Assembly (NCBI GenBank): GCA_963716255.1
Contig: OY970303.1
Span: forward strand, 7,520,001-7,584,000
Source: an uncultured Gemmatimonadales bacterium
GTDB lineage: Bacteria > Gemmatimonadota > Gemmatimonadetes > Longimicrobiales > Longimicrobiaceae
Length of the DNA stretch: 64,000 nt
Direction of reading: 5' to 3'
The notes under the pieces were generated by a model. It did no database searches. It worked only from the letters and a program-made list of their open reading frames with translations, and was not told the origin of the DNA. Made by a program: the position numbers and the translations under genes. Shown piece by piece: positions 28,694 to 39,545 of the stretch (within the stretch, counting starts at the first letter, position 1; each line of letters starts with the position of its first letter).

Positions 28694-30256
28694 TCAGCGT
28701 CGGGGTGTGCGGCGATCTGTCGCCCGCGCGAACGGGCGGGGAGGAGGCGGGAGGATGCGGAACAGCTGGTACTCGCGGTTGGCGTACACCCGCCGGAAGC
28801 GCATCGGGCTGCCCTCCACCAGCGGGCGCAGCTTGTCGGCGCCGGCACGGACGACGACGTAGCCGATCCCCGCCCGCTCCATGAACGCCAGCGTGACCCT
28901 GTCCGGGGTCTCGCGCCGCGGGGGCGGCGTGGCCGCGCGCCGCGCGTACAGGGCGAGAGCGCGCGGGCGGACGGCCATGAAGCGGGCGCCGGCGGGCGTG
29001 TGCCCGCGGAGGTGGCGGTACAGCGCCATCGCCTCCGCACCGACCCGGCCGTCCCCCGGGGGCGCGGCGGCCAGCGCGGCGTAGCGCCCGGCGAGCGTCG
29101 CGGCCATGGCCAGCGCGGCCAGCGCCACGGCGGCGCGGGCGGGGCGCGCGCCGGCCCTCCACGCCCGGCGCGCGCCCAGCACGCCGTACAGCACGTACAG
29201 CGGGAGCACGGGGAGGAAGTAGCGTGGGTCCGCCGCCGGCCACAGCAGCACCGCGCACAGGTAGGCGACGAAGAACACCTCGTGCGCGGAGGGCCTGCGC
29301 AGGCGCGGGGCGAGCCCAAGCGCCGCAAGGAGCATCGTTCCGAGCGCCACCGCCTTGGCCCCCCCATCCCAGTACCCGTTCGCCCACAGCGTCGCCAGGG
29401 CGTACCCGGCGCCCCGCGCGCGTTCCGGCCCCGGCAGCAGGGCCGAAGTCCCGTACACTTCCGCCAGGCCGCGAAGCTGGCTCACGTACGCCGAGCCGGC
29501 GGGCGTGAGCGCCAGCAGCGCGGCGAGCAGCGTCGCGCCCGCCGCGCCGCCGGCCAGCAGGGCGAGCCCGGGCCGCCGAGCGCGCAGCAGCAGGGCGACG
29601 GCCAGCGCGGGCACCAGCACCACTCCGATGCTGCGGGTGGCGACGGCGGCGGCGACGGCCGCCACGGCCGCCGCGCACCAGGCCGCGCGCTCCGCCGGCC
29701 GCAAATCAGCCGCCGCGGCGCGCTCCCCCAGCGCCAGCGCCAGCAGGCACAACGAGGTGAAGGGGAGGTCGGGGAGCAGGTCGTCCCGGAAGGTCCACAC
29801 GAACGGGTGAAGCCCGGCCAGGACCACTACGCCCGCGGCGGCGGCCGGGGACAGATCCCGGCGGGCGAGGCGCGCCAGCAGGAGGAGCGTCCCGGCCAGC
29901 CCCAGGACCACCACCCCCTTCAGGGCGCGGAAGTCCAGCCCCGCCGCGGCGTAGACCGGTGCCAGGAGGAGCGAAAAGCCCGGCGGGTACCGCTGCGGGC
30001 TGAACCATGGGTTGAGCGGGTTCACCAGGAACCCCGTGTCCGCGTACGGGCGCCCTTCCGCCAGGCCGCGGGCGTGCAGCAGGTACAGCGCCCAGTCGTC
30101 GCCGTAGGTGGGGCCCGGCCCGTCCCCCAGCGCCGCCGCGTGGAGCAGCGCCACCAGCACGGCCGCGGCGGGCGCGGCCCACCGGGCGGCCCGCCCGCGC
30201 CCCGGCCCGCCCGCGCCGTGCGCGGGGTCGTGCGTCGCCCGGGGTGCGGGGTGCAT
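28694..30256 (-). CDS. Polytopic membrane protein, GT-C (ArnT/PMT-like) glycosyltransferase
   Basis: GDDWALY, YPPGFSLLLAP, LLPDLPFT, TRSIG, RYFLP; many hydrophobic segments. Confidence 0.75.
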   Translation of the reverse strand: MHPAPRATHDPAHGAGGPGRGRAARWAAPAAAVLVALLHAAALGDGPGPTYGDDWALYLLHARGLAEGRPYADTGFLVNPLNPWFSPQRYPPGFSLLLAPVYAAAGLDFRALKGVVVLGLAGTLLLLARLARRDLSPAAAAGVVVLAGLHPFVWTFRDDLLPDLPFTSLCLLALALGERAAAADLRPAERAAWCAAAVAAVAAAVATRSIGVVLVPALAVALLLRARRPGLALLAGGAAGATLLAALLALTPAGSAYVSQLRGLAEVYGTSALLPGPERARGAGYALATLWANGYWDGGAKAVALGTMLLAALGLAPRLRRPSAHEVFFVAYLCAVLLWPAADPRYFLPVLPLYVLYGVLGARRAWRAGARPARAAVALAALAMAATLAGRYAALAAAPPGDGRVGAEAMALYRHLRGHTPAGARFMAVRPRALALYARRAATPPPRRETPDRVTLAFMERAGIGYVVVRAGADKLRPLVEGSPMRFRRVYANREYQLFRILPPPPRPFARATDRRTPRR

Positions 30257-30450
30257 GCGGCGGGTGGGCTCCGGGAGATGGGACGGGGCGCGCGGGTCCG
30301 GCGGGCGCCCTCAACAATCGGTCCACGGCCCGGCCGCGGCAAGTCGGGGCGGGGGCGGCCGCGGCGGCACTCTTTCCTCCTCGCCGGTGTATGCGCCGGG
30401 TCCGTGCGCCGGCCGTTCCGGCGCCGCCAGGCACCGCCTCCGCCACGCAG

Positions 30451-30771
30451 ATGAAGCACGATCCCACCGAGCTGCAGGACCTGAGCGCCGCCCGCGCCGA
30501 CGAGCGCGGCGTGGGCGCGCGCGCCGGCGTGTTCCTCCTGGAGGGCCGCTACCACGTGGCAAGCCACCGCTCCCGCGCCGAGCGCCGCCTCCTGGAGCTG
30601 GGCGCCATGCTCGTCGCCACCCTGGTGTTCGAGCCCGCCGAGGCCCGGCGCGCCGTGTCCGGCGGGGCAGGGCGGCCGTACGCCTTTTCCGCGCCCCCCG
30701 TGCCCGTGCTCACCCCGCTGCGCCCCGCCCGGGCGGTGTACGCGCTGGGCACCCGGCCCAGCCCCAACTGA
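30451..30771 (+). CDS. Hypothetical protein
   Basis: GC3-rich codon usage; no recognised motif. Confidence 0.5.
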   Translation: MKHDPTELQDLSAARADERGVGARAGVFLLEGRYHVASHRSRAERRLLELGAMLVATLVFEPAEARRAVSGGAGRPYAFSAPPVPVLTPLRPARAVYALGTRPSPN

Positions 30772-30890
30772 CCCCATCGGCGCGGTGCGTCCCGCGCCGG
30801 ACGCGCCCGTACTTGACGGAACGGCTGTCCGGGTGCAGGTTCTAGCGCTGCTCCCACGGACCGTGATCGTTCGCCCCGGCCCACTCCGGC

Positions 30891-31250
30891 ATGCACCGTC
30901 TCTGGCCCCTGCTGCTGCTCCTCCTGCTCCAGCCCCGGTCGGCTGCGGCAGAGGTGCTGTCGTACGGGTACATGGCGTACGTGGAGCCGGTGGTGTCGAC
31001 GCCCGCGGCGCCGCCCAGCCCCCGGTACCCCATGCGCCGGGCGGACGACGTGGAGCGGGGGACCTCCGTGTACTGCCACGGCGAGCGCTCCGACCGCGTG
31101 CCGCCGGAGGCCACGTCGCGCCCCGGCCCGCGCCTCCGCGCGCCGCAGCCGGCGCGGCTCGTCCGCGCGTACGCCGGGCACGACGCCCGGCCCTGCTCGC
31201 CCCATTGTGAGCGCCTTCCCTACCACGCGACCGCCCCGCCCCTCACGTAG
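30891..31250 (+). CDS. Small signal-peptide protein ending in CSPHC...HATAPP (candidate leader peptide)
   Basis: Hydrophobic N-terminus with AAA cleavage site; Pro-rich tail. Confidence 0.6.
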   Translation: MHRLWPLLLLLLLQPRSAAAEVLSYGYMAYVEPVVSTPAAPPSPRYPMRRADDVERGTSVYCHGERSDRVPPEATSRPGPRLRAPQPARLVRAYAGHDARPCSPHCERLPYHATAPPLT

Positions 31251-31462
31251 CTCCCAGCCCTGCATCGCCGGGGTTGCGGCGGCCCGGGCACGTGGATCCG
31301 CCCACGGCCGCGCACGAGCCCCCGAACGACCCGCCTTGTTCCGCGGCGGCGCCCGTGGTAGTCTCCTGCCCCGGCGCCCGTAATCCCACGCCGCACCGTG
31401 CGGCCGACCGCGGCCGGCTTCCGGCCGGCACGCGCCCACCTACATCATCCGTGAGGGACGTT

Positions 31463-33061
31463 GTGAACCTATTCGCACGGAAGTCCATCGACGAGCTGCA
31501 GGCCGACGCGACGGCGGAAGGCGAGCACAGCCTGAAGCGCGAGCTCGGCCCGCTCAACCTGGTCTCCCTGGGCATCGGGGCCATCATCGGGACCGGCATC
31601 TTCGTGCTGACGGGGACGGCGGCGGCGCAGCACGCCGGCCCCGCCATCGTGTTCGCGTTCATCCTGGCAGGGCTCGGCTGCGTGTTCGCGGGGCTCTGCT
31701 ACGCGGAGTTCGCCGCCATGATCCCCATCGCGGGGTCGGCCTACACCTACGGCTACGCCACCCTGGGCGAGCTGATGGCGTGGATCATCGGGTGGGACCT
31801 GATCCTGGAGTACCTGTTCGGCGCCGCGACGGTGGCGGCCGGATGGTCGGGATACGTGAACTCCTTCCTGCAGGACATCGGCATCCGCATCCCGCCGGCG
31901 TTCACCAACGCGCCCGGCGCGCTGGTGCAGCCCCCCGGCACGGAGACCTGGGTGCGCCGCACCGAGGACCTGGCCGCCTCGCTTGCCAAGCAGGGGATCA
32001 ACATCGACACCCTCCCGCAGGCGACCGGCGTGTTCAACGTCATCGCGGCGCTGGGGATCTTCGTGGTGACCTGCCTGCTGGTGGTGGGCATCAAGGAGTC
32101 GGCGCGCTTCAACAACGTGGCGGTGGCGATCAAGCTCGCGGTGGTGGCGCTGTTCATCGTGGGCGGCGGCTACTACGTGCTCACCCACATGGACCAGGCG
32201 GTCGACAACTGGACGCCGTTCATCCCCACGAGCACGGGTCCGCGCACCTTCGGGTGGGACGGCATCGTGGCCGCGGCGGGCGTGATCTTCTTCGCGTACA
32301 TCGGGTTCGACGCGGTGTCCACCACCGCGCAGGAAGCGCGCAACCCGCAGCGCGACATGCCCATCGGCATCCTGGGCTCGCTGGTCATCTGCACCATCCT
32401 GTACATCCTGGTGTCCGGCATCATGACCGGCATCGTGGAGTACCCGCGCCTCAACGTGGCCGAGCCCATCGCGGTGGCCATCGAGGCCACGGGGTACGGC
32501 TGGATGGCCTCGCTGATCAAGATCGGCGCGATCGCGGGTCTTTCGTCGGTGATGCTGGTGATGCTCATGAGCCAGCCGCGCATCTTCTACACCATGTCGC
32601 GTGACGGGCTGCTGCCGCCGGTGTTCAGCCGCCTCCACCCGCGCTTCCGCACGCCTCACATCTCCAGCGCGATGACGGGCACGGTGTGCGCGCTGCTGGC
32701 CGGGTTCTACGACGTGTCCACGCTGGGCCACCTGGTGTCCATCGGCACGCTGCTGGCCTTCGCCATCGTCTGCGGCGGCGTGTGGTACCTGCGCGTCAAG
32801 GAGCCCAACCGCCCGCGCCCGTTCCGCACGCCCTTCGTGCCGGTGGTGCCCATCCTGGGGATCATCGTGTGCGTGTTCCTGATGTCGCGCCTCCCGGTGG
32901 AGGCGTGGGAGCGGCTGATCATCTGGCTGATCCTGGGACTGGCGATCTACTTCTTCTACGGGCGCAAGCACAGCGTTGTGCAGCGCACCGGGCACGAGGC
33001 GCACGGCGGGCTCCAGGAGCCGCCGCGCCCCACGTACACGCACGACAAGAACGACAAGTAG
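31463..33061 (+). CDS. APC-family (cationic amino acid transporter-like) permease
   Basis: LGIGAIIGTGIFV, YAEFAAMIPIAGSAY, FFAYIGFDAVST, QPRIFYTMSRDGLLP. Confidence 0.95.
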   Translation: MNLFARKSIDELQADATAEGEHSLKRELGPLNLVSLGIGAIIGTGIFVLTGTAAAQHAGPAIVFAFILAGLGCVFAGLCYAEFAAMIPIAGSAYTYGYATLGELMAWIIGWDLILEYLFGAATVAAGWSGYVNSFLQDIGIRIPPAFTNAPGALVQPPGTETWVRRTEDLAASLAKQGINIDTLPQATGVFNVIAALGIFVVTCLLVVGIKESARFNNVAVAIKLAVVALFIVGGGYYVLTHMDQAVDNWTPFIPTSTGPRTFGWDGIVAAAGVIFFAYIGFDAVSTTAQEARNPQRDMPIGILGSLVICTILYILVSGIMTGIVEYPRLNVAEPIAVAIEATGYGWMASLIKIGAIAGLSSVMLVMLMSQPRIFYTMSRDGLLPPVFSRLHPRFRTPHISSAMTGTVCALLAGFYDVSTLGHLVSIGTLLAFAIVCGGVWYLRVKEPNRPRPFRTPFVPVVPILGIIVCVFLMSRLPVEAWERLIIWLILGLAIYFFYGRKHSVVQRTGHEAHGGLQEPPRPTYTHDKNDK

Positions 33062-33178
33062 CCGCGCAGCCGCCCCGGGAGGTTCCCGGGGCGGCCGCAC
33101 GACCCGTACGGACGCCCCCTCGCCGGCCCTGCCGGCCCGGTGGGCGTCCCCACATTTCGACCCCCTTCGTCCGCAGTC

Positions 33179-35392
33179 ATGGAACCGATCGTCTATCTGG
33201 CCCCCGCGCTGGGCGTCCTGGCCCTGCTCTACACCGCGTACCGCTCTGCCTGGGTCACGCGCCAGGATCCCGGGAACGAGCGGATGACCACGATCTCCGG
33301 CCACATCGCCGACGGGGCGCTCGCGTTCCTCAAGGCCGAGTACCGGGTGCTCGCGATGTTCGCCCTGATCGCGTGCGCCTTCCTGTACTACATCGGGAGC
33401 AACGACGACCGGTCGAGCCCCCTGATCATCGTCGCCTTCCTGGTGGGGGCCGTCTTTTCGGCGCTCGCCGGCTTCATCGGCATGCGCATCGCCACCAAGG
33501 CGAACGTGCGCACCGCCAACGCGGCCCGCACCTCGCTCTCCCGCGCGCTCGAGGTGTCCTTCGCCGGCGGCTCGGTGATGGGCATGGGCGTCGCCGGCCT
33601 GGCGGTGCTCGGGCTGGGCGGGCTGTTCATCGTCTTCTACAACGTGTTCGTGAACGGCGCCTCCCCCAACGGGATCGAGATGGAGCGCGCGCTGGAGGTG
33701 CTCACCGGCTTCTCGCTGGGCGCCGAGAGCATCGCGCTCTTCGCCCGCGTGGGCGGCGGCATCTACACCAAGGCGGCGGACGTGGGCGCCGACCTGGTGG
33801 GCAAGGTGGAGGCGGGGATCCCCGAGGACGACCCGCGCAACCCTGCCACCATCGCCGACAACGTGGGCGACAACGTGGGCGACGTGGCGGGGATGGGCGC
33901 GGACCTGTTCGGCTCGTACGTGGCGACCATCCTCGCGACCATGGTGCTGGGCCGCGAGGTGGCGGCCGGCGGCGACCGCTTCGGCGGCCTGTCGCCCATC
34001 CTCCTCCCCATGGTGCTGGCGGGGCTGGGGATCGTGTTCTCGCTGATCGGCATCCTGATGGTGCGGGTCAAGGAGGGCGGCAACGTGCAGGGCGCGCTCA
34101 ACCTGGGCAACTGGGTGTCCATCGCGCTCACGGGCGTGGGCGCCTTCTTCCTGATCCCCTGGATGCTCCCCGCGGGCGAGATGACGCTGGGCCGCCTGGG
34201 CTCGCAGTCGTTCGACGCCATGGGGGTGTTCTGGGCGGTGGCGGTGGGGCTGGTGGTGGGGGCGCTGATGAGCCTGATCACCGAGTACTACACGGCCATG
34301 GGCCGGCGCCCGGTCGCCTCCATCGTGCGGCAGTCGTCCACCGGCCACGCCACCAACGTGATCGGCGGGCTGGCGGTGGGGATGGAGTCCACGGCGCTCC
34401 CCATCCTGGTGCTGGCCGGCGGCATCATCCTGTCCTACGAGGCCGCGGGCCTGTACGGCGTCGCCATCGCGGCGGCGGGGATGATGGCGACGACGGCCAT
34501 GCAGCTGGCCATCGACGCCTTCGGGCCCATCGCGGACAACGCGGGCGGCATCGCGGAGATGAGCGAGCTCCCCCCGGAGGTGCGGCAGCGCACCGACATC
34601 CTGGACGCGGTGGGGAACACCACGGCGGCCACGGGCAAGGGCTTCGCCATCGCCTCGGCGGCGCTCACCTCGCTGGCGCTCTTCGCGGCGTTCATGGGGA
34701 TCGCCAACATCGACGCCATCGACATCTCCAACGCGCGGGTGCTGGGCGGCCTGTTCGTGGGGGCGATGATCCCGTTCATCTTCTCGTCGCTGGCGATCGC
34801 GGCGGTGGGCCGCGCGGCGATGGCCATGGTGCACGAGGTGCGGCGCCAGTTCCGGGAGATCCCCGGGATCCTGGAGGGCACGGGCCAGCCGGAGTACGGC
34901 CGCTGCGTGGAGATCTCCACCAACGCGGCCATCCGCGAGATGCTGATCCCCGGCGCCATCGCGCTGGTGGTGCCGGTGCTGGTGGGCTTCACCATGGGGC
35001 CCGAGGTGCTCGGCGGCCTCCTGGCCGGCGTCACCGTGTCGGGCGTGCTGATGGCGATGTTCCAGTCCAACGCGGGCGGGGCCTGGGACAACGCCAAGAA
35101 GTCGTTCGAGAAGGGCGTGGACATCGACGGCACCCTGGTCTTCAAGGGCTCGGACGCCCACAAGGCGGCGGTGACCGGCGACACGGTGGGCGACCCGTTC
35201 AAGGACACTTCGGGTCCGTCGATGAACATCCTGATCAAGCTGATGTCCATCGTCGCCCTGGTGATCGCCCCGCACATCGCCGCGGAGCCGCGCGCCGACC
35301 GCGACCTGGACCGCACCAACCCCGAGGTCACGCAGCCGATCTCGCAGGCCGCTCCGGCGGCCGCGCAGACGGCGCCCGTGGCCGTCCGGTAA
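33179..35392 (+). CDS. hppA: Membrane-bound ion-translocating pyrophosphatase, K+-dependent type
   Basis: [35 protein letters not shown] (Ala = K+-dependent signature), [10 protein letters not shown]. Confidence 0.97.
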   Translation: MEPIVYLAPALGVLALLYTAYRSAWVTRQDPGNERMTTISGHIADGALAFLKAEYRVLAMFALIACAFLYYIGSNDDRSSPLIIVAFLVGAVFSALAGFIGMRIATKANVRTANAARTSLSRALEVSFAGGSVMGMGVAGLAVLGLGGLFIVFYNVFVNGASPNGIEMERALEVLTGFSLGAESIALFARVGGGIYTKAADVGADLVGKVEAGIPEDDPRNPATIADNVGDNVGDVAGMGADLFGSYVATILATMVLGREVAAGGDRFGGLSPILLPMVLAGLGIVFSLIGILMVRVKEGGNVQGALNLGNWVSIALTGVGAFFLIPWMLPAGEMTLGRLGSQSFDAMGVFWAVAVGLVVGALMSLITEYYTAMGRRPVASIVRQSSTGHATNVIGGLAVGMESTALPILVLAGGIILSYEAAGLYGVAIAAAGMMATTAMQLAIDAFGPIADNAGGIAEMSELPPEVRQRTDILDAVGNTTAATGKGFAIASAALTSLALFAAFMGIANIDAIDISNARVLGGLFVGAMIPFIFSSLAIAAVGRAAMAMVHEVRRQFREIPGILEGTGQPEYGRCVEISTNAAIREMLIPGAIALVVPVLVGFTMGPEVLGGLLAGVTVSGVLMAMFQSNAGGAWDNAKKSFEKGVDIDGTLVFKGSDAHKAAVTGDTVGDPFKDTSGPSMNILIKLMSIVALVIAPHIAAEPRADRDLDRTNPEVTQPISQAAPAAAQTAPVAVR

Positions 35393-35415
35393 GCCGCTCC
35401 GGCTCGACCGAAAGA

Positions 35416-35449
35416 CAGCAGGGCCCGGCCGAATGGCCGGGCCCTGCTG
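35416..35449. terminator. 15-bp hairpin downstream of hppA
   Basis: CAGCAGGGCCCGGCC-GAAT-GGCCGGGCCCTGCTG; weak U tract. Confidence 0.6.
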
Positions 35450-35533
35450 CCGTTCCGGGGGTGCGCTCCGGTGGGCTCCGGGGTTGGGGTCGGCCGGGGG
35501 GTGGGGGCCCCAGCGGACGCCAGCGCGAACCCC

Positions 35534-35662
35534 GCGTGAGGGATTTCGGCCCGAAGGGGCGAGACCCGCGGGCAGTTTCGCGGGGCTCGACTCCGTTGGG
35601 CTGCGTCGTTTGAAGCCCTACGGAGCCGAAGCCCGACCCCTGCGCCAGCCGGGGGCACGCCC
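35534..35662 (+). repeat. ~130-nt structured repeat, copy 7
   Basis: Full consensus match. Confidence 0.95.
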
Positions 35663-35762
35663 AAATCCGCAGTTCCTGCTGTACCCCGCTCCTTGCGTCG
35701 GACCGGTGGCGCGCGCAAACTCCAGGCAGCTTCCACTCACCCCACCCCCCTCCGGAGCCTTC

Positions 35763-37244
35763 ATGTCCACAGTCGTCGACGCGTCTCCCCCCGCGGACAC
35801 CTCCTCCGAGTCCGAGTTCAGGCGCGGCCTCTCGCTCCTGGACGCCACCATGCTGGTGGTGGGCTCCATGATCGGCTCCGGCATCTTCATCGTCTCGGCG
35901 GACATCTCACGGCAGATGAACTCGCCGGGCGGGCTGCTGGCGGTGTGGGTGATCACCGGGCTGATCACCGTGGCGGGCGCGCTGTCGTACGGCGAGCTGG
36001 CGGCGGCCATGCCCAGGGCGGGCGGGCAGTACGTGTTCCTGCGCGAGGGGCTGGGCCACCTCCCCGGCTTCCTGTACGGGTGGACGCTGTTCATGGTGAT
36101 CCAGACGGGCACCATCGCGGCGGTAGCGGTAGCGTTCGCGCGCTTCCTGGGGGTGTTCTTCCCGGCGGTGTCGCCGGACCTGTTCGCGTCCTTCGGCAAG
36201 GTGCCCGTCCCCGGCGGCGAGATCGAGCTGGGGCTGTCGCCGCAGCGGGTGGTGGGGATCGCGGTGATCGCGCTGCTCACGCTCGTGAACATGCGCGGCC
36301 TGCGCGAGGCCAAGTGGATCCAGAACATCTTCACCTTCGCGAAGACGGCGGCGCTGCTGGGGCTGATCGTGCTGGGCATCACCATCGGGCGGAACGCGGA
36401 CGCGATCGCGCTCAACTTCAGCCACATGTTCTCCGACACCACCTCGGGCCCGCAGGCGACGAGCTTCCTGGGGCTGGACGTGGCGCTCCCCGCGGTGGCG
36501 CTCGCCTTCGGGGCGGCGATGGTGGGGTCGCTGTTCTCGTCGGACGCGTGGAACAACGTGACCTTCGCGGCGGCCGAGGTGCGGCGCCCCGAGCGCAACC
36601 TGCCGCTGGCGCTGGCGATGGGGACGGGGCTGGTGACGCTGCTCTACGTGCTGGCGAACGTGGCGTACCTGATGGTGCTGCCGCTTTCCGCCATCCAGAA
36701 CGCCCCGCAGGACCGGGTGGGGACGCTGGCCATGCAGGAGATGTTCGGGCCGGTGGGGCAGTACCTCATGGCCGGGGCGATCCTGGTGTCCACCTTCGGC
36801 TGCATCAACGGGCTGATCCTGGCGGGGGCGCGGGTGTACTACGCCATGGCCCGCGACGGCCTCTTCTTCGAGCGCGCCGGCCGCCTCTCGCCCAACACGC
36901 GGGTGCCGGTCTGGGCGCTGGCGGTGCAGGGGGTGTGGACGGCGTTCCTGACGCTCACCGGCTCGTACGGGCAGCTGCTGGACTACGTCATCTTCGCGGC
37001 GCTGCTCTTCTACGTGCTCACCATGGTGGCGCTCTTCTCGCTGCGCCGGAAGCAGCCGGACCTGCCGCGGCCGTACCGGGCGTTCGGCTACCCGGTGGTG
37101 CCGGGGCTGTACATGCTGTCGGCGCTCGCCATCGCGGTGCTGCTGCTGGTGGCCAAGCCGGAGTACACGTTCTCCGGGCTGTTCATCGTGCTGCTGGGGA
37201 TCCCCGTGTACTACCTGTGGCGGCGGGGGCATGGGATGTCGTAG
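35763..37244 (+). CDS. APC-family amino acid permease (LAT/SteT-like)
   Basis: VVGSMIGSGIF, YGELAAAMPRAGGQY, RVYYAMARDG, RPYRAFGYP. Confidence 0.95.
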   Translation: MSTVVDASPPADTSSESEFRRGLSLLDATMLVVGSMIGSGIFIVSADISRQMNSPGGLLAVWVITGLITVAGALSYGELAAAMPRAGGQYVFLREGLGHLPGFLYGWTLFMVIQTGTIAAVAVAFARFLGVFFPAVSPDLFASFGKVPVPGGEIELGLSPQRVVGIAVIALLTLVNMRGLREAKWIQNIFTFAKTAALLGLIVLGITIGRNADAIALNFSHMFSDTTSGPQATSFLGLDVALPAVALAFGAAMVGSLFSSDAWNNVTFAAAEVRRPERNLPLALAMGTGLVTLLYVLANVAYLMVLPLSAIQNAPQDRVGTLAMQEMFGPVGQYLMAGAILVSTFGCINGLILAGARVYYAMARDGLFFERAGRLSPNTRVPVWALAVQGVWTAFLTLTGSYGQLLDYVIFAALLFYVLTMVALFSLRRKQPDLPRPYRAFGYPVVPGLYMLSALAIAVLLLVAKPEYTFSGLFIVLLGIPVYYLWRRGHGMS

Positions 37245-37330
37245 GCGGTTCCTGGTCCGATGGTTTTTGCGGCGGCTCGTCCCCGGGATCTTCGTGGTCC
37301 CGGGGGCGAACTGCGTTTTACGGCGGGGTC

Positions 37331-37463
37331 GGGCGTGCCCCCGGCTGGCGCCGGTGTCGGGCTTCGGCTCCGTAGGGCTGCAAACAACGCAGCCCAACGG
37401 AGTCGAGCCCCGGCGGAAACAGCCCCGCCGGGTCTCGACCCTTCGGGCCGAAATCCCTCACGC
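37331..37463 (-). repeat. ~130-nt structured repeat, copy 8
   Basis: Reverse complement of the consensus. Confidence 0.95.
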
Positions 37464-37671
37464 GGGGCTCGCGCTGGCGTCCGCGGGAGGCCCCCACCCG
37501 GCGGCCTGAGAGCCGCACGGCTCGCCCCCTATCTCCCCACGTTCCGGGGGAGGGGGCCGGGGGGTAAGGGGTAGATCTACGCTCCGGCCTGCCGGCGGCC
37601 GGAGTGTTTCTTGCTGCCGGCTCCACCCGCGCGGGCGGGCGGAGAGAACCCGAAAATCGTGAGGTGAGCCG

Positions 37672-37866
37672 ATGGCGGAGACCAGCGTGCGGCGGCGACC
37701 GGTGGTGTGGCCCTGGGTGGTGGGACTGACGTTGACGGCGGTCCTGGTCTGGCTTCTGTCCGAGCGTTTCGTGGTGCCCAGCATGGGCACGGAGAATGGT
37801 CCCGCGGAGCAGGCGAAGACTCCGCCCGTCACCGCCCCGGCGTCCGGACCGGTCCACATGGCATAG
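37672..37866 (+). CDS. Small single-pass membrane protein
   Basis: GAGGTG RBS; RRR followed by WPWVVG hydrophobic helix. Confidence 0.55.
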   Translation: MAETSVRRRPVVWPWVVGLTLTAVLVWLLSERFVVPSMGTENGPAEQAKTPPVTAPASGPVHMA

Positions 37867-38157
37867 GGCCGGGTGGAGGTGTCGGGGCGCTCCCCACACG
37901 CCCCGCGGTGACGGCATGCGCCGCCTCGTAGCCTGACCGGGAGGCACGGGCGGGCGGGGCGCCGCGTACCCCGTGCTCCACGGCGTCCGACCGTGGGGAA
38001 ATCCCCCGCCGCACGTTCCGCCATCGCCTTACCGGCCTCTCGGCGCCGCCCCGACAGAGCCCGCCCCACACACCCCGTAGCTTTGTCGTCGACGCTGCCG
38101 GCCGCACTGCGCTTCCCGCGGTCCACCGGCGGCCGGTCCCCAACCGACGAAGCCACG

Positions 38158-39273
38158 ATGAGCAACTCCGCGAACCAGGAATCGCCGATCCCGAGCAGGG
38201 CTTCCCGCCGCGACTTCCTGCGCGTCTCCGCGCTGGGGCTCGCGGTCCCGGCGCTTGCCGCGTGCAATCCCGGCAAGGCCGGGAAGCAGGCCGGCGGGGC
38301 CGCCGCAGCGGCCCCCGCCGGCGCCGCCACGCATGCCGACAGCAACCACAGCGGCGGCACGATGGCCGCGAACCCCAGGACGCCCGCGGAGATCCGCGCC
38401 GCGGCGGACGAGATGGACCGCATGCACGAGGTGGGCGTCAAGGCGTTCCCCGCCAAGACGGCCAAGAAGGGCAACCAGCCCATGCAGCCGCGCCTGGAGA
38501 ACGGCGTCAAGGTGTACGAGCTCGTCGCCCGCAGGCAGCAGTGGGAAACCAGGCCCGGCACCACGGTGGAGGCGTGGGCGTACAACGACCAGGTCCCCGG
38601 CCCGCAGATCCGCGTCCGCGAGGGCGACCGGGTGCGCGTGGTGCTCAGGAACGAGCTGGAGCAGTCCACCGCCGTTCACTTCCACGGGCTGGAGCTCCCC
38701 AACGACATGGACGGCGTGCCGTTCATCACCCAGCCGCCGGTGAAGCCGGGCGAGTCGTACACGTACGAGTTCACCGTCCCCGCGGGGAACGCCGGCTCGC
38801 ACATGTACCACTCGCACCACAACGCCGCCGAGCAGGTGGGGAAGGGGCTGCTGGGCGCCTTCATCGTGGAGCCGCGGAGCCCGCGCGCCATCGAGAGGGT
38901 GGACGTGGACTACGTCATGATCCTCAACGACGGCTTCCACGGCTACACGCTGAACGGCAAGGAATTCCCGGCCACCGAGCCCATCGTGGCCAGGATGGGG
39001 CAGAAGGTGCGCATCCGCTTCATGAACGAGGGGATGATGATCCACCCCATGCACCTGCATGGCATGCACATGACCGTGATCGACAAGGACGGCTGGCCGC
39101 AGCCGGCGCCGTGGCGCTGCGACACCCTGAACGTGGCCCCGGGCGAGCGCTGGGACGTGATCGTCAACTGCAACAACCCGGGGGTGTGGGCGTTCCACTG
39201 CCACATCCTGCCGCACGCGGAGTCGGCGCACGGGATGTTCGGCATGGTCACCGCGCTGATCGTCGAGAAGTAA
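38158..39273 (+). CDS. Tat-exported two-domain multicopper oxidase
   Basis: SRRDFL Tat motif; HFHG, MYHSH, HPMHLHG, FHCHILPH..GM. Confidence 0.92.
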   Translation: MSNSANQESPIPSRASRRDFLRVSALGLAVPALAACNPGKAGKQAGGAAAAAPAGAATHADSNHSGGTMAANPRTPAEIRAAADEMDRMHEVGVKAFPAKTAKKGNQPMQPRLENGVKVYELVARRQQWETRPGTTVEAWAYNDQVPGPQIRVREGDRVRVVLRNELEQSTAVHFHGLELPNDMDGVPFITQPPVKPGESYTYEFTVPAGNAGSHMYHSHHNAAEQVGKGLLGAFIVEPRSPRAIERVDVDYVMILNDGFHGYTLNGKEFPATEPIVARMGQKVRIRFMNEGMMIHPMHLHGMHMTVIDKDGWPQPAPWRCDTLNVAPGERWDVIVNCNNPGVWAFHCHILPHAESAHGMFGMVTALIVEK

Positions 39274-39310
39274 GGTCGTTTCGGGTGAGCGTGTCTGGCG
39301 GGGCCGCTCC

Positions 39311-39427
39311 GGAGACCGGCGGAAACTGCCCCGCCGGTCTCCTGCGCGGGTCGCGGAGCCAGCCGAAACTGCCCGGCCGTCTCCGCTCCGGCTGCGGGAG
39401 CCCCGCCAAACAGCCGGCGGGTCTCCC
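39311..39427 (-). repeat. Tandem array of three hairpins carrying the repeat family's GGCWGTTT loop
   Basis: Loops AAACTGCC, AAACTGCC, AAACAGCC, each closed by GAG...TCTC stems. Confidence 0.8.
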
Positions 39428-39545
39428 TCCGCAGAAAGTTTGGGGGGTACTGTGGAACGGCAACTGCGCCGCCCCGCACTTTCGCGCTCTTCCCCGCGCC
39501 CCCAAGTTTCCCCGCCGCCACCCTCCACCCGCGGGGAAGATCGAC

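Noticed and set aside
39274..39545. TPP riboswitch upstream of thiM
   Set aside because: No CUGAGA or CCUGA/AGCG core is visible; the structure present is the hairpin-array repeat.
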